This document shows, piece by piece, positions 42,415 to 54,987 of a stretch of 64,000 bases of DNA. Source of the stretch: an uncultured bacterium (lineage in GTDB: Bacteria > Verrucomicrobiota > Verrucomicrobiia > Limisphaerales > UBA8199); contig CAVVMW010000008.1 of assembly GCA_963749495.1 (NCBI GenBank), forward strand, positions 64,001-128,000, read 5' to 3'. Under the pieces are notes generated by a model. It did no database searches. It had not been told where the DNA came from and saw only the letters and a program-made list of their open reading frames with translations. Position 1 is the stretch's first letter; the number at the start of each line of letters is the position of its first letter. The translations under genes were made by a program, and so were the position numbers.

Positions 42415-44080
42415 TTAATCCTCCAAGTCGAGAGCGCGTTTTAATCTCTCGAAATGGTCCCGGGCACTGCTGTTCGCGGTGACGTCCCACAGGGTTGAAT
42501 GTTGCCGACGCAGGGCCAGCACGGCCGCGGCCCAGGCCTGCCCCCACCCGCTCTCGATCGAGCAGGCGCCCCAGCCGACGTCCGCCGAACTGGCCCAGGC
42601 CTCCCACCGCCGGTCATCAAAGGCCCGGAACCAACAGCCATTGAGCCAGGGCAGTTTCTTCGAGCGATTCTGAACCCGGCAGAGATACTGAGCCAACTTG
42701 CCCGCCGCCCGTTGGAACCGGAGGTTGCCGGTGGCCCCGGCCGCCTCGTGCAACCCGAGCAATGCAAAACCGCTCGTGTAGAGTTGGTCGGTCACTGGGT
42801 CGCCGTCCTGCTGGAGCAGTGGGGTCTCCGTGGTGCCATAATCCTCGTTGCGTTGCGGGGCCTGGAAAAAGCCCCCTCGCACTCGGCCGAGGCGCTCGTG
42901 AATGGCCCCATCGGGCTGTTGCCAGGCCAGCAAATCTCCGGCAACTCAGCCCAAAGGCAGGGTGGTGAGGGTCGGCCCGCGGGCCTTGGCAAAGGCCGGA
43001 AGTGAAGCAGAGAAAATCGAGGAGGTTTCGAGCGACTGCCCGGCTGTGTGCCTGCCCGTTCAAAAGTGCGTCCAAAGCCAGGACCATCGCGGATTCGGCC
43101 TGGCAATCAGCTCGCAACGGGAGGCGACGGGGCTGATTGCCATCCGGTGAAATGCCCGAAGCGTAGCCTTCGAGAATGCCTAGCGAGCCGTCACCTTCGG
43201 GCGATCCAGGCCCGGAGCCGGGGGCGGTTTCACCTCCGGCAGCCAGCGCGCGGTCCAGGGCCTCCTTCTCCGAGGCATGCACCAGCAGGTGCGAATGGCC
43301 AAACCAGTGCGCGGCCTGGTCAAAGGCCTCACTTTCGTAGCGTCGGGGCAACCTGGACTCCCGCCCGTAGGCGGATTGGACGAGGGGTTGAAATTCAAGG
43401 CGGAGTTGAGCACCGGCGCACAGCCTCGAGAGGATTCGGTTCCAGAGCGCCTCCCAATCCTGTACCGGCGCATAGCGCCCGGTGATAAACCCGCTCAGCT
43501 TCGTCGTGGCAACGATCCAGTTGCGCTCGGGGACCTCGAATAGAATCGAGAACGTACCCACCGCTGGTATGCCGAAAATGGCGCTATCGTAACCCGCCAC
43601 CCTCGCGACGACCAGGTCCGGAGCCAGCGCGGCGCTGACCGGCATGTAACGGCATCCGTGGGCAGCCAGGATGCGGAGCCTCGGCAGGGCGGGCGCAAAC
43701 CCTTCCGAGGCAACCACGAACCGCTCCCAGGCGGTGGAGCGCGGCGCACCGATTTTCAGACCGGGAACGCTCGCTGGATACTCGAGAAAAAGCCGGAGAC
43801 GCTTTTCCGAGACCAGAGCAAACGCGAGGTCGTCCAGACGCAGCGGATGCTCGGGGTATTCGTCGGCCAGCAATAGGACGACCGAACCGGCCTTGGCCTT
43901 CTGGATGGCCTCGAGCGGCCGGTCATAGCGGCGAAAATGATAGGCCCGGAGCGCCAGAAAGAGGTCGTTTCGAGGTGAGCAGCAGAACGTCAGGTTGGGC
44001 TGCGGACCTTCGTAAGCCCAGGAGCACCCGAGGCCGCAAAGCAATGCGACAGTCCAGAGGATGAGGAGCGTTCTCATCAT
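42415..44080 (-). CDS. Secreted hypothetical protein, disrupted at ~42945
   Basis: Signal peptide; frame changes after HPAFGL into DLLAWQQPDGAIHE...LLGLHEAAGATG...ESGWGQAW; (alpha/alpha)-barrel-like. Confidence 0.6.
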
Positions 44081-45016
44081 CTGGCTGCCTTCTGAGCGGC
44101 CAGGCGAGTCATATAACTTCTCCAGGCACGCATCGATTTTCGGAGGTTTTCCTTAGGATCCCCTTTGATGTTGTAGCACTGCAAGCCAATCGGCCCCCGG
44201 TAGCCCGCCCGCTGGAGTGCAACAAGCATTCCGAAGACATCATAATCGCCCCGGTCCAGAGTTTGGATGTAGTTGCTCCAGCCGCCCGCGTCGTCCTTCT
44301 TGTCCGTGGCGCCGCAAATCGTGGCGAGCACGAGGCGGGGCGCGGCTTTGGCGATGACTTCCTGGAGGCGCAGTCCGTTGCCCGAGGCCAGCTCGTGGCA
44401 GAGGTTGACCGTGACGCCCACGTTGGTCCGCGTGACGGCGGACAGCACCCGCATGGCGTCCTCGACGGTCGCGACGTAGAGGCCGAGATGGGGATAGATC
44501 GCCACGCGCAAGCCCTGTTGGGCGGCAAGGCCCGCCAGGGCATTCGATGCGCTGGGCCGCCACCGCGTCCCACTCGCCGCCGGCCCGCGGGCGGGCCACA
44601 GTCACCCAAAGGATGGTGCCGCTACCTTTGAGCAGCGGCAGGGCTTCGCGCAGGCCCGCCGGGTAGGGATCTTCCTGGTCGAGGGTGATGCCGAAATAGA
44701 GGCTGTAGAGCTTCAGGCCGCGGGATGACAGGGCCTTGAGCCATGCGGCGAGGTCTTCCCGCTTCGTGTAATTGTAGCCGATGCCGTCGAAGCCAAGTTC
44801 CTGAACGCAATCGGCCTGCTGGACCGGGGTCCACGAGCCCCGCCCCACACCGTTGTCGAGCGGGAAGAACTCGGGGACGCTTGCGACCGCCGTCTTCTCC
44901 TGCGCCTCCGATAGCCGTTCTGCTCCAGCTAGAACGAGCAAACTGAGAGCCAGGACTATCCCACCGCCTGCGCACGTAGACGCGCCTCTTGCGGTCACCT
45001 TGAAACCGACGTTCAT
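44077..45016 (-). CDS. Sugar phosphate isomerase/epimerase family TIM-barrel protein (frameshift ~44540)
   Basis: ELGFDGI, RVAIYPH, NVGVTVNLCHEL, LDRGDYD, GYRGPIGLQCY; N-terminal signal-like segment. Confidence 0.8.
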
Positions 45017-45020
45017 AAGA

Positions 45021-45065
45021 TGCTTCGATGCCGTTGACCGAGGCCGAACGGACCTTTGCCAACAT
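45021..45065 (-). pseudogene. 5' remnant (15 codons) of comM/yifB Mg-chelatase-like ATPase
   Basis: MLAKVRSASVNGIEA matches the ComM/YifB N-terminus (MLA.V.S.A..GI.A..VEVEV), then similarity stops. Confidence 0.6.
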
Positions 45066-45533
45066 GGGAGAAGTTATGTCTCACCCGGCGTTGGAGCACA
45101 ACCACGAATCGCGCCAGTCACCCATCCAGAAACCCGGCTTCCCTCGAGCCCGCGCGGTTGTCGCAGAATCATTGCGGGGCGCCCTGGCAGGGCGAAGCCA
45201 CTGGGGATGGTCCGCGCCCATGGCCTCCAAGACGGAATCGATGGGTGCTGGCGGAGACACTCCGCATCGACCACCCCAATTCACGGTTCACCAGAGGCTT
45301 TTACCCTGTCCCACAAGCGGCGGCCCACAACAGTAGCGACGGCGGCCGCTAGTGGACCCAAAGACCCAAAATCCCACTCGCGGAAGCGGCTGGTTCTTGT
45401 CAGACTCGCCCCCGCGTGTAGCGTCAACCGAACATCGTACGTGCCGGGCACTCACGTGGCCGCCGGGAGCACCGTGGTTCTCCGGTTCGACGTGGGTGCC
45501 CAATGCACGAGAACAACGACAAGAGTCTGTGCC

Positions 45534-48500
45534 ATGAGCGGCCATAGTGCGAGAATCGGGTTCCATTTTCAGGACCTCTACCTGCTTTTTCGCGTTTTAC
45601 GCGATGCGAGCGACTCACTGGAGCACGCCTGGCAGGCGGCGGGCCTAGATGTCCTTCAGATCCTCGACAACAAAGGCGTGCGTTACGGAATTGAGGCCTC
45701 CCCCCGCGGGCCCAACGCAGTCTGTGGCGGGGAGGAAAGCGGGACGGATTGGGACGTGCTGGTGCTGGCGGAGAATAAGTTGGAATTTGCCGAGGTAAAG
45801 TCGGGGGCCATTTCGAAGACCGACCGCGAGGCCTTGTGGCGTCGTCTGCGGAGGGAGCTGGTGAACGCTCCGCGCGACCCGACTTCCATAGTTCCGGTGC
45901 TTGTAGTCGACCCCGAGACTGCGGGTAGCTTGAGCAAGTGGCGGGAACTAGCTGGCCTCGCCTCCCAGGGATCCGGGCCAGTGCCTTCAACCCGACCGAG
46001 CGACGACGTGCGCACAGCCGCTCAGCTTTTGGGGGAGGCGCTGTGGTGTATGTGTGGCCCGGATACTTCCAGGAACATGGATGAGCCGCCAGTTCCCGTC
46101 ACCGCTGCGCGGTCGGCACTGAGCCGTTTTGAGTTGCGATGCTACGACCGCCAGCAACTCGACCTCGATGTCTCCCAAATGCGTGAACTCCTCTTCCCGG
46201 GGGGGCTTGCCGAAACTGAGCAGTCCTTACTGCTGGGGTGGCTCAGCCGGCGCGCCACGGCCCCGGCTCCCGGCAGGAGGCTCTTTACAGTCCGCGAGCT
46301 TCTGGCCGAGATCGGCATCCTCAAATATGCGGCCTCCCTGACAGCAGGCACACTCAAGGAGTGGCGCGATTTGTGGAATGAAGCTCCGCAAGGCGTCCGT
46401 GCGCGAACTCGGCTGGAATTGGGGGAGGCCGGGCAGTCGGTTCCCGCAGCGGAGGCTCAACCGGATGCGTTGGCCGCGCTGACCGGTGGGGAAAGCCGAT
46501 CGCTCGTCATTCTGGGGGCTGGTGGAGCGGGAAAGAGCACTCTCCTGGTGCAGGTGGCCGAGAAGGCACAGCAATCCGGCGAGGCCGAAGTCGTAATGCA
46601 CTGTGGCGCGGACGACGTTACAGTCGAGGAGTTGGAACGGCTGCTCAAAGCGTTCCGTTTTCGCGCCGCGCTGGCGGCAATCAAGAACCCGAGTCGTCGG
46701 GCGTGCCTTTTCGTGGATGGGCTTGACGAGGCAGACGCGCCCCTCAGGAAACGATGGGCCCAGCTTCTGCTTCGCCTCACCACCCTGCCAAATGTGTTCA
46801 TGGCCGTTTCGGTGCGGGATGCCGTTTGGAGGGGAGACGGCAAACTAAGAGATGCGCTCAAGGGTTGGACCCAGGTGACGCTTGCACTGTGGCCGGAGGA
46901 GGTCGTCCGAAAGCTGCTGAGCGGGACTGAATATTGCGATGCTTTGCCCCAAAGTGTGACCGATCTACTGCGAACCCCTATTATGCTGGATTTGTTCTGG
47001 CGCGCCTTCGTCGAGGGCCACCACCACGATGTTCTCATCAGCCTCCCGGCTGCACACCAAGCACGACCTGCTGTCGGCCTTCTGGGAACAGAGGCTGATC
47101 CATTCGCCCCGCCACGCCTCAGTCCCCAGCTGCACTCGCGGCTGACTGGCTTTTTGTCGCAAGCGGTTCGGCACATAGGCCCGTTTCCAGAGACAGGCCT
47201 GGACGTTGGGATCGTTCAGATCCTGCTGTCTGAGGGGATAATTGTCCGCGAAGGCCGCCTTCAGCCCCGTTTGCGATTTCGACACCCGTTACTTCGCGAG
47301 TTCGCTATTGGCCAGTGGTGCCTCGCGACCGACAACGATACCGAGGTCGCGTACCGATGGCATTCCATCCACGGCGGACTAAACTGCTACGGGGCCTTGC
47401 GTGCAGTCTCCGAGGCGCTTCTCGACAGGAACGCCGGCGCGGAACATCCTCATCTGGAGCTTGGGGGCGTGATCCGGTCGATCATTCAAACAGATTCGGC
47501 TCGGGCTAACCAAGTCGCGCAGGTGCTCGGAACGCATCCGCCCTCGGACGAGCTCGATCCAGCGGCATGGCCCGCGGAGGTCCAGTCGTCTCTCCCTCGC
47601 CAGTTTGGGCGCGATCTGCTCCTAGCAGCCAAACTGGAGCGGAACGGCTCATGGGCGGCACGGGTTGAGCGGTGGCCGGAAGAGGCACAATGGTTAGGTG
47701 ATGAGTGTGCGAAGGAGGTTTGGCGCTTTGCTTGCACCCTGGTCGAGGAACTTAAATTGCATCCAACCGATGGAGAGCTCGGCCAACAATGCCAGCGTAT
47801 TGGACGAACGCTGCGCAGGATTTCAGAAGTAGAGCGTTTCGCAGGTGAGTTTGGGCAATGCAACCGCTGGCTGAAGATGCAGGCCATTGTGCTTGTGGTG
47901 CCGCTGCTCCCTGACGAAGCCACCCTGGCTTGGGTAGAGAGAGAGATGGCGCAAGCGAGTTGGCGGACCCGGTCTTCTGTGCTGGAGGTGCTGATACATC
48001 TCGTGCCGGTGAACGCGGAGCGGGCTGCCGCAGTCTATAGGTCGGCTGTTGGCCTGCTGGAGTCAAGCGGTCGCCACATCCTCGCCGCCCCGCTACGCGG
48101 GGGCATTATCGATCACCAAGTCATCGAGTGGTCGCTCGCGGGAGAGGGAGGGAGGCACAGTCTGCTCAAGGAACGTCCGAAGGCATTCCTCCCGGTGGCC
48201 CTGGAACTGGCCGAAGCCCTATGGCACAGCCAGCAGGAGCAGAGGGGGAGCAGGCCTAGCGGCATGTGGAAGGTCATTAGGCGGTTCGGCCCGTCCTGGT
48301 CGGCAGAAGCGCAGGCCGAGCGCGAGCGCCAGAGTCAGGAGCGACTGGGCGGCTTGGTTGACGACGTACCCCGGTGGACCTACTGGCAGGGATGGCCAGG
48401 CCATGATGCTCGCGAGCGATGCCTCAGAGCCATTCACGAGTGCGTAAAGGAATGCGCCAGGGGCCCGGAGCGGGAGTTCGCTCTAGCGATCTTCACCATT

Positions 48501-50406
48501 CTACGGGGCTCACCGCTTGCCTCGATTCACTCGATTCTCCTTGATGTGCTGCTGGAGCAAGGGGAAAAGCCCTGGGCTCTCGATTGCATTCTGACCTGCA
48601 TCGCGGATAGCCGTCTCTTCCATGTGCCGGGCATAGAGGTACTGGCTGGAGCAGGGCCTCGTCGCTTGTTGGCCTCTCGCCCGACCAGAACTCCGGTGTC
48701 AGGTCCTGGCCATCATAAGGGGCCTCCTGGCCACGCCGGGCGAGGAACACTTCGGAGAAAATCTCCTTCTGAGGATTCCAGCCGGCAATCTCCCGGGCAA
48801 CCTGCTCGCCCGCCGCCCGGCTGAAGGTGATCCTTCCCACCAGCCCTACGGACGGCCGCAGCGCGGCGGCGTAATCGAACTCAAGGGCGTTCCGATTGAT
48901 GAAGACGACGCACGCTGGATCGGCGCGTGGCCCGAGGGGATCGACCGCGAGATAGTGAAGCAGTTTTTCCGAGCCACAAAAGGGCTATCGCGCCAGAGTT
49001 CCTCCGCCGATGAGTTGGCCCTCCACGTGCCCTTGGCGATTCAGGCGGCACTTTCACTTGTACCAGTCCTGCGAAGGGACGTGGATTTGCTGCGCGAACA
49101 AGGTCGCAGGTGGGTGTGGGGGCGCCTTGCGGAGGTGCTGGATTGCTTCAGGGAACTTCAAGGAGACAAGGGGGCGCCCCCCACGGAGTTGATCCTGGGT
49201 TGTGCTGAACTTGCCCTTGCGTTCTTGAAGAATGTCCCCTCCGAACTGCCTGGCCAGTTGCCGAAGGACGGCCTTTGGACCAATTGCCCCGAAACGGAGT
49301 GGGTGGGCGCCCTTCGCCTCGCCGATGCCGCGCTGACTTGGCCGCCAGTCGTGGACGATCAAAACGTGCAGGCTGAGTTCTCGAGGGCATTGGAGGCAGC
49401 GTTCGCCTCTGGAAACCCTCTGATCCAGTTCGTGTCCGCCACCACTGTCCGCCCTTGGCACTGGCTGCGAGACCCGGACCGCAAGCGGCTTCATCATCGG
49501 TTGGTCTGGAACACGCCAAAGCACGCGGCCGTTCTCACCTGGTCACTTTCAACAGTCTCCGGCTATTCGGACGCCGACCGCACCGCAGTTTTCAGATTCC
49601 TCTTGAGTCGGGACGACGTAGAGGACTCGGAGCAACTCACCGGCAGCCTGGGGTACCACGTGGGAGCTTGGAGTATGGTGGTGTTTGCCAGTGGCGCGCG
49701 GTCCGCGGCCGCGGACTTGGCCCGCGATGTGATCGAGAGCCCGGAGATCTTCGCGCTGCTGCGGCAGAGCAGTAATCGCCAACTATTCCTGCGAGAATTG
49801 GTCTCTGGCATGGAGGACTCGGCCAAGCAGAGGTGGAGCAATACGGAACTCGCCGCGGACTACGCAGATTTCGCGCTTAGGGCATGGAGGCTGCTCCGTC
49901 CGCATGGCTCTCTAGACAAGACCAGTGAGGACGTCGTTCTTTTTGCGCTGTCTTGGCTCGGGACCAAAGAACGCCAAGAGCGGGACGCGAGCAAGCTGAG
50001 GCTTTGGTGGCAGCATCTTCTTCCCCTGGTTAGGGCTGTGGCGGCCGAAGGGGGGAAACACGATTGCTTTACCCTCTTCTTCAGCCTTCGCGAAGGCGGA
50101 TACAACGACCTCGCCGCGCCTCAGGAGTTCCTCCGCTTGGGTATGGAGTTCACGCAGCGGATCCAGACGGGCCTGCGTGACGGGAGCATGAGGCTGGACG
50201 ACGTCGATCGGGCACACGAGGAATGGCATTCGTGGGGCGAAAGTATCGAGGACCTCGCCGAGATGATTGACTCCCTCCGCCGGGATGGAAGCCTTCGCTC
50301 CGATCTGCAGCGCGAGCAGGCGGACGGGCTCCTCTCGGCGCTGGCAGCGGAGCCAATCCGGTCCTCAAAGGCTCTCGAAGTGCTTCATCGGCTTCGAAAC
50401 GAGTAG
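45534..50406 (+). CDS. STAND/NACHT-like NTPase with N-terminal PD-(D/E)xK nuclease (Avs-like), ~1620 aa after repairing frameshifts
   Basis: GFHFQD..IE..DWDVLV..AEVKS; Walker A GAGGAGKST, Walker B LFVDGLDE, LLRTPIML; the frame from 48640 (YWLEQGL) is open to 50406. Confidence 0.8.
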
Positions 50407-50643
50407 CTCGGCGTACGACCATGAGCGTCGGTTGCCCTGGGGCTTTGGACGGCGCTATACGGACCGTCGAGGGTTTCGCTTCCGATCGTTGTTCCGGGAT
50501 CCGTGGTACTTTGCCGGCCACGCCGCCCAGCCACCGCGACACGGACAAGTTGGCGGACCAGCGGGCCCGCTTGTTTGTCCGGGGAGAATCCCGTTGGGAG
50601 ATTGAGTTCGTCCGACCATGAAGCGCCAAGCACGCAAGAGAGG

Positions 50644-52657
50644 CTAATAGCTCTTCTGGATGAAGCCGTAGTATCGCCCCATCCAGTAAGCGTGGAGAAA
50701 ATCTGCGGAGCCGGTCTCATTTTCGCGCCACAACTTCAGCTCGGTCCAGCTTTCGCCATTAGCGCTCAGGTAACAACCGCCAGGACCGCTGGCAACGAGG
50801 CCGCGTGCCGTGACAAAGAAGGAAGCCGCGCGCGGAATGCGCCATCCCTTCATGCTTGGCGTGCCCGTCTGACCACGGTCACGGCTGATCTCCAACTGTC
50901 CATCGCCAGTAATGCGGCAGGAGAGGTTGTCCGAAACAGGGGACCATTGCGTGAAATCAAAAACCTGGAATTTTACCGATTCGCTCTCGGGAGCCGGGCG
51001 CCAACTCAAGCCGCCGTCCCGGCTCAGAAAGGTGCCCTGGCCGGTCTTGGCGTGGAGCACGAAGGTGCGTTTGTCGGAGGCGACAATGCTCTGCACTCGC
51101 GCACCCCGCAATCCCGCGCTCACATCCTGCCAGGTTTTCCCGCCGTCCAGGGTCCGGCACACCGCACCAGTGCTGTCACAAAACCAGCCCACCAGGGGAT
51201 CATCGCAGGCGAATTGGATCATCGTGACCGTCGGCCTCGAGCCAATTGTCCATTTGGTAGGGGTTGCCCTTCCACGCGTATTCGTTGTCGAGCGGTCGCT
51301 CATTGATGGGAATAGGCCGGGCGCTCAACGGTTCGCGCCGTGCAAAAGGATTGCGTTCGAGGTCAGTGCGCAGCGAGTTCATCACCGGCCGCATCACGCG
51401 ATCAACGGGATACAGGCGCAACGTCAACAAGGCCATGGCCTTCGCCTCTTCCACGTGGGGGATCGCTCGCGGCTCGGGCGCCGCGCCCCCTGGGTTTACG
51501 GGCGCCCGATATTCGGGAAGCAAAGCGCAAGTCATCCAAGTGAAAAGCGAATTACCCTCCATCCAATTCATCTCCCACAACTCCTCGACCCACTTCCGGT
51601 AGATGGGCAGCAACTCGGAGCTCTGTTCGTAGCGTATCAGGTTGTACAAGGCCTCGTAGGCCTGGCCCTCGCTGCTGTGATTCACCCGTGCCAACCGTTC
51701 CAGGCTGAACGGACCCGAGTCGCGGATCCGATCCGGGTTGTCCTTGAACCGGACGATGACCTGCTGGTAAAGGTCCAGGTAGCGCGCCTTTCCCGTGATG
51801 TGGTGGGCAATCAGCAGGTCCGGCAGCAGCATCAGCGAGGCGCGCAGAGGAGGCCGCCAGGTCTCATTCGTGGTGCCAGTCCGGTTGAATCTGGCCGCAT
51901 AGACCTTTCGGTAGTAGTCGTCCCGCGCGGGGTCCGGATCGATGCCCACGTGACCCCATAGGGTAACCTCGCCATCCACGTCGATGATCCGGCAATGATT
52001 GTCCACCAGGTGCGTCATCAGGGCGTCCACTTCCTGGGCAATGGACCGGCGTTGCTCTTTATCCGCGGCGAGATCGTAGTAGATCGCGTAGCCGTAAAGC
52101 ACCGCGTTGAAGTTGTCCACACTGACATCACCGTGCCAGCGATAATCCGAGAATTTGCCCTGGCCCTGGTGCCACTCGGGTGAATCCTGGCCGTTGCGCT
52201 CCCAATCCTCGACCGGACCGTGCCCTTTGACATAGCCGCGCGCGAGCAATCCCGGCTTGCCGGTGACTTCCCGCAGAATCCTGAGAGCCCGTAGAATCTC
52301 CCCACCGTGGCGCCGCACCCAGGGGTCCTTCGTCACCGCGTACTGGTAGCCCACGCCCGCAAGGTAACGGCCGGTCCATACGCCCGCATGAATGACATTG
52401 CCGGGCTGGTCAACCGTATGCGGCGACGGTGTTCCTGGCGGAGCGGCGGGCACGATGCTTACGTAGAGGCCGTCCAGCCAGTGCTTGTCGATGAGATCGC
52501 GCTGCAGGTATGCCGCCTTGTCGTGCAACGGACTGGAATCAGTCGCCATCGCTGATCCCGCCGATGACGCCAGGGGTGAAACGATGACAAACAGCCCGGC
52601 GACGACAAAACAAGGGAGCGGCAAGTGCATTGACCTCTGGAGCGCGTTCATGGTCAT
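50644..52657 (-). CDS. Secreted hypothetical protein with helical-barrel-like body and C-terminal BNR/Asp-box repeats (frameshift ~51240)
   Basis: Signal-like segment; Asp-boxes TLDGGKTW, SRDGGLSW, SRDRGQT, SANGESW. Confidence 0.65.
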
Positions 52658-52962
52658 GAAGCTTGCTCCGGCGGGCGTTGAGGAGTCAAGGGGACTCAAT
52701 ACCGATCTCGCCTGATTCCGGCATCGCTGGCAATCCAGCCGCAGCGGGACAACCCCGAAGTCCGCCGTGATTGTCCAAGACAAAAGGCCGCGCCGCTTGC
52801 ATAATTCGCCCATGACGTTCGGCAGAAGATTAAGGCTGATGGCATCGGGCTGGACCACGTTCCGCATCCTGCCCCCCCCCTCACCGTGACTGCCGGCACG
52901 GCGATGTCGCAACCCGCGCCGGTTTCAGCCCCATATCCGCCCAGCCGTCCATCCGTCGTCAC

Positions 52963-54696
52963 ATGAACACAAACCACACTATGAAATCGAGATACTCTGT
53001 ATTCCTGGCGGTTGGCCTGCTGGTGGCCTGTGGTGCGAGTTCAGTCCGCGCGGCCGCTGGCGGGCCTGACTTTGGTCCGCATGTCCTCATCTTCGATCCG
53101 GCGATGACGAACATCCAGGACCGGATAGACGCTATCTTCAACCAGCAGGAGCGCAGCCAACTCGGCAGCAACCGCTACGCCTATTTGTTCAAGCCGGGGA
53201 AATACAACCTGGATGTGCAGGTCGGCTTTTACATGCAGGTGCTTGGGTTGGGCAGGTCTCCCGACGATGTGGAGATAACCGGAGCGGTCCGTTCCAAGGC
53301 GCGCTGGATGGCCAACCACAACGCTACCTGCAATTTCTGGCGGTCGGTGGAGAACCTCTCGCTCATCCCTACACTGGACAGCAACGTCAACGTTTGGGCC
53401 GTCTCGCAGGCCACAGCGATGCGACGCGTCCACGTCAAAGGCGCCTTGAATCTGTGGGATGGCGGCTGGTCCAGCGGCGGGTTCCTTGCCGACAGCCGGA
53501 TCGACGGCGAGGTGAACTCGGGCTCGCAGCAGCAGTGGTTGTCCCGAAATACCGACTGGGGCGGTTGGAAGGGGGCGAACTGGAACATGGTGTTTGTCGG
53601 CGTGGCCCATCCGCCCGGCGGGCAGTGGCCAAATCCGCCCTACACCATCATCGAGAAGACGCCGGTGATTCGGGAGAAACCGTATCTGTGTGTGGACGGG
53701 AACGGGAATTACGAGGTGATGGTTCCCGACCTGGCCACGAACGGCACGGCCGGCACGACCTGGCCCACCGCGCCTAAACGGGGCACGTCGGTCCCCATTG
53801 AGCGATTCCACCTGGCCAAGCCGGAAACCGACAACTCGGCCAGCCTCAACGCCGCCTTGAGCCAGGGCAAGCATCTCCTGCTGACACCGGGCATCTATCG
53901 TCTGCAAAGCCCCATCCGGGTAACGCATCCAGGCACTATCGTCCTCGGTTTGGGCTATCCTACCCTGCAACCGACCAACGGCACTTCCGCTCTGGTGGTG
54001 GATGACCTGGACGGGGTCAAGATGGGTGGCCTACTGGTCGAGGCCGGGGACGTCAGCTCACCGACGCTCGTGCAGATCGGCGAAGCCGGCGCACGAGTGT
54101 CTCATGCGGCGGACCCCGTCTTTCTTTGGGACCTCTGCTGCCGGGCGGGCGGCGCGCAGGCCGGCAAGGCGGACTGCCTGCTCGCGATTGACAGCCGCAA
54201 CACCGTCGGGGACAATTTCTGGCTCTGGCGCGCGGATCACGGGCGCGGCGTCGGCTGGAATTCCAACGTCAACAAGAACGGGCTGATCGTCAACGGCAAC
54301 AACGTCACGATCTACGGTTTGTTCGTGGAGCACACGCAAGAGTATCAGACGCTTTGGAACGCCAACGGCGGGAGGGTCTATTTCTACCAATCCGAGCTGC
54401 CCTACGATCCTCCCAGCCAAGAGGCCTGGAAGCATGGTGAAGTCAACGGTTACGCCTCCTACAAGGTGGCCGACGCGGTGACCACCCACGAAGCCTGGGG
54501 CCTCGGCGTTTACTGTGTGTTCCATGCCGCCCCGGTGGTCGCCGAAAACGCCTTTGAAACGCCCCTTGCTCCCGGAGTGAAGCTGCATCACCTGGTGACC
54601 ATCCGGCTGGGAGGTCAGCGCAACAGCGGGATGAGTCACGTCATGAACGGCCAGGGCGCGGCCGTGATCACCAACCGGAAGGCGATTGTGGACTGA
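52963..54696 (+). CDS. Bacterial GH55-like beta-1,3-glucanase (beta-helix)
   Basis: Signal peptide; PDFGPHVLIFDP, LFKPGKY, NATCNFWRSVENL, WAVSQA, SGSQQQW, WLWRADHG, YGLFVEH, QSELPYD. Confidence 0.82.
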   Translation: MNTNHTMKSRYSVFLAVGLLVACGASSVRAAAGGPDFGPHVLIFDPAMTNIQDRIDAIFNQQERSQLGSNRYAYLFKPGKYNLDVQVGFYMQVLGLGRSPDDVEITGAVRSKARWMANHNATCNFWRSVENLSLIPTLDSNVNVWAVSQATAMRRVHVKGALNLWDGGWSSGGFLADSRIDGEVNSGSQQQWLSRNTDWGGWKGANWNMVFVGVAHPPGGQWPNPPYTIIEKTPVIREKPYLCVDGNGNYEVMVPDLATNGTAGTTWPTAPKRGTSVPIERFHLAKPETDNSASLNAALSQGKHLLLTPGIYRLQSPIRVTHPGTIVLGLGYPTLQPTNGTSALVVDDLDGVKMGGLLVEAGDVSSPTLVQIGEAGARVSHAADPVFLWDLCCRAGGAQAGKADCLLAIDSRNTVGDNFWLWRADHGRGVGWNSNVNKNGLIVNGNNVTIYGLFVEHTQEYQTLWNANGGRVYFYQSELPYDPPSQEAWKHGEVNGYASYKVADAVTTHEAWGLGVYCVFHAAPVVAENAFETPLAPGVKLHHLVTIRLGGQRNSGMSHVMNGQGAAVITNRKAIVD

Positions 54697-54711
54697 TTCG
54701 AGGAGGAGCCG

Positions 54712-54903
54712 ATGAACCTCAGGGCCATTATCTTGATGACCGCGGCGGGGCTGGGCCTTTTGGAACTTTCCGGTGAAGCCCAAGTCTATAATCTGCATTG
54801 GGTTACCGGCAACCAGCCCGATTACACTGATTTCGGTTCATTTGCACACCGATCGAGGGCAAAGGCCTGGGGCTTTCGGAGCTGCAGGTGTATGACACGG
54901 TGA
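54712..54903 (+). pseudogene. 5' fragment of a secreted protein gene
   Basis: Strong SD (GAGGAG), signal peptide and QVYNLHWVTGNQPDYTD, then ends after 63 aa. Confidence 0.5.
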
Positions 54904-54987
54904 ACGTGGCGCCCTGGCCGGCTGACATTTGGCTCCCGGACGTCGATTCCGGTAAGTAACCCAATGAGTCAATCTTCGGGACTTTGA

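Noticed and set aside
44853..45533. N-terminal 227 aa of the 1323-aa ORF
   Set aside because: Low-complexity, overlaps the opposite-strand epimerase gene and comM remnant; the domain starts at ATG 45534
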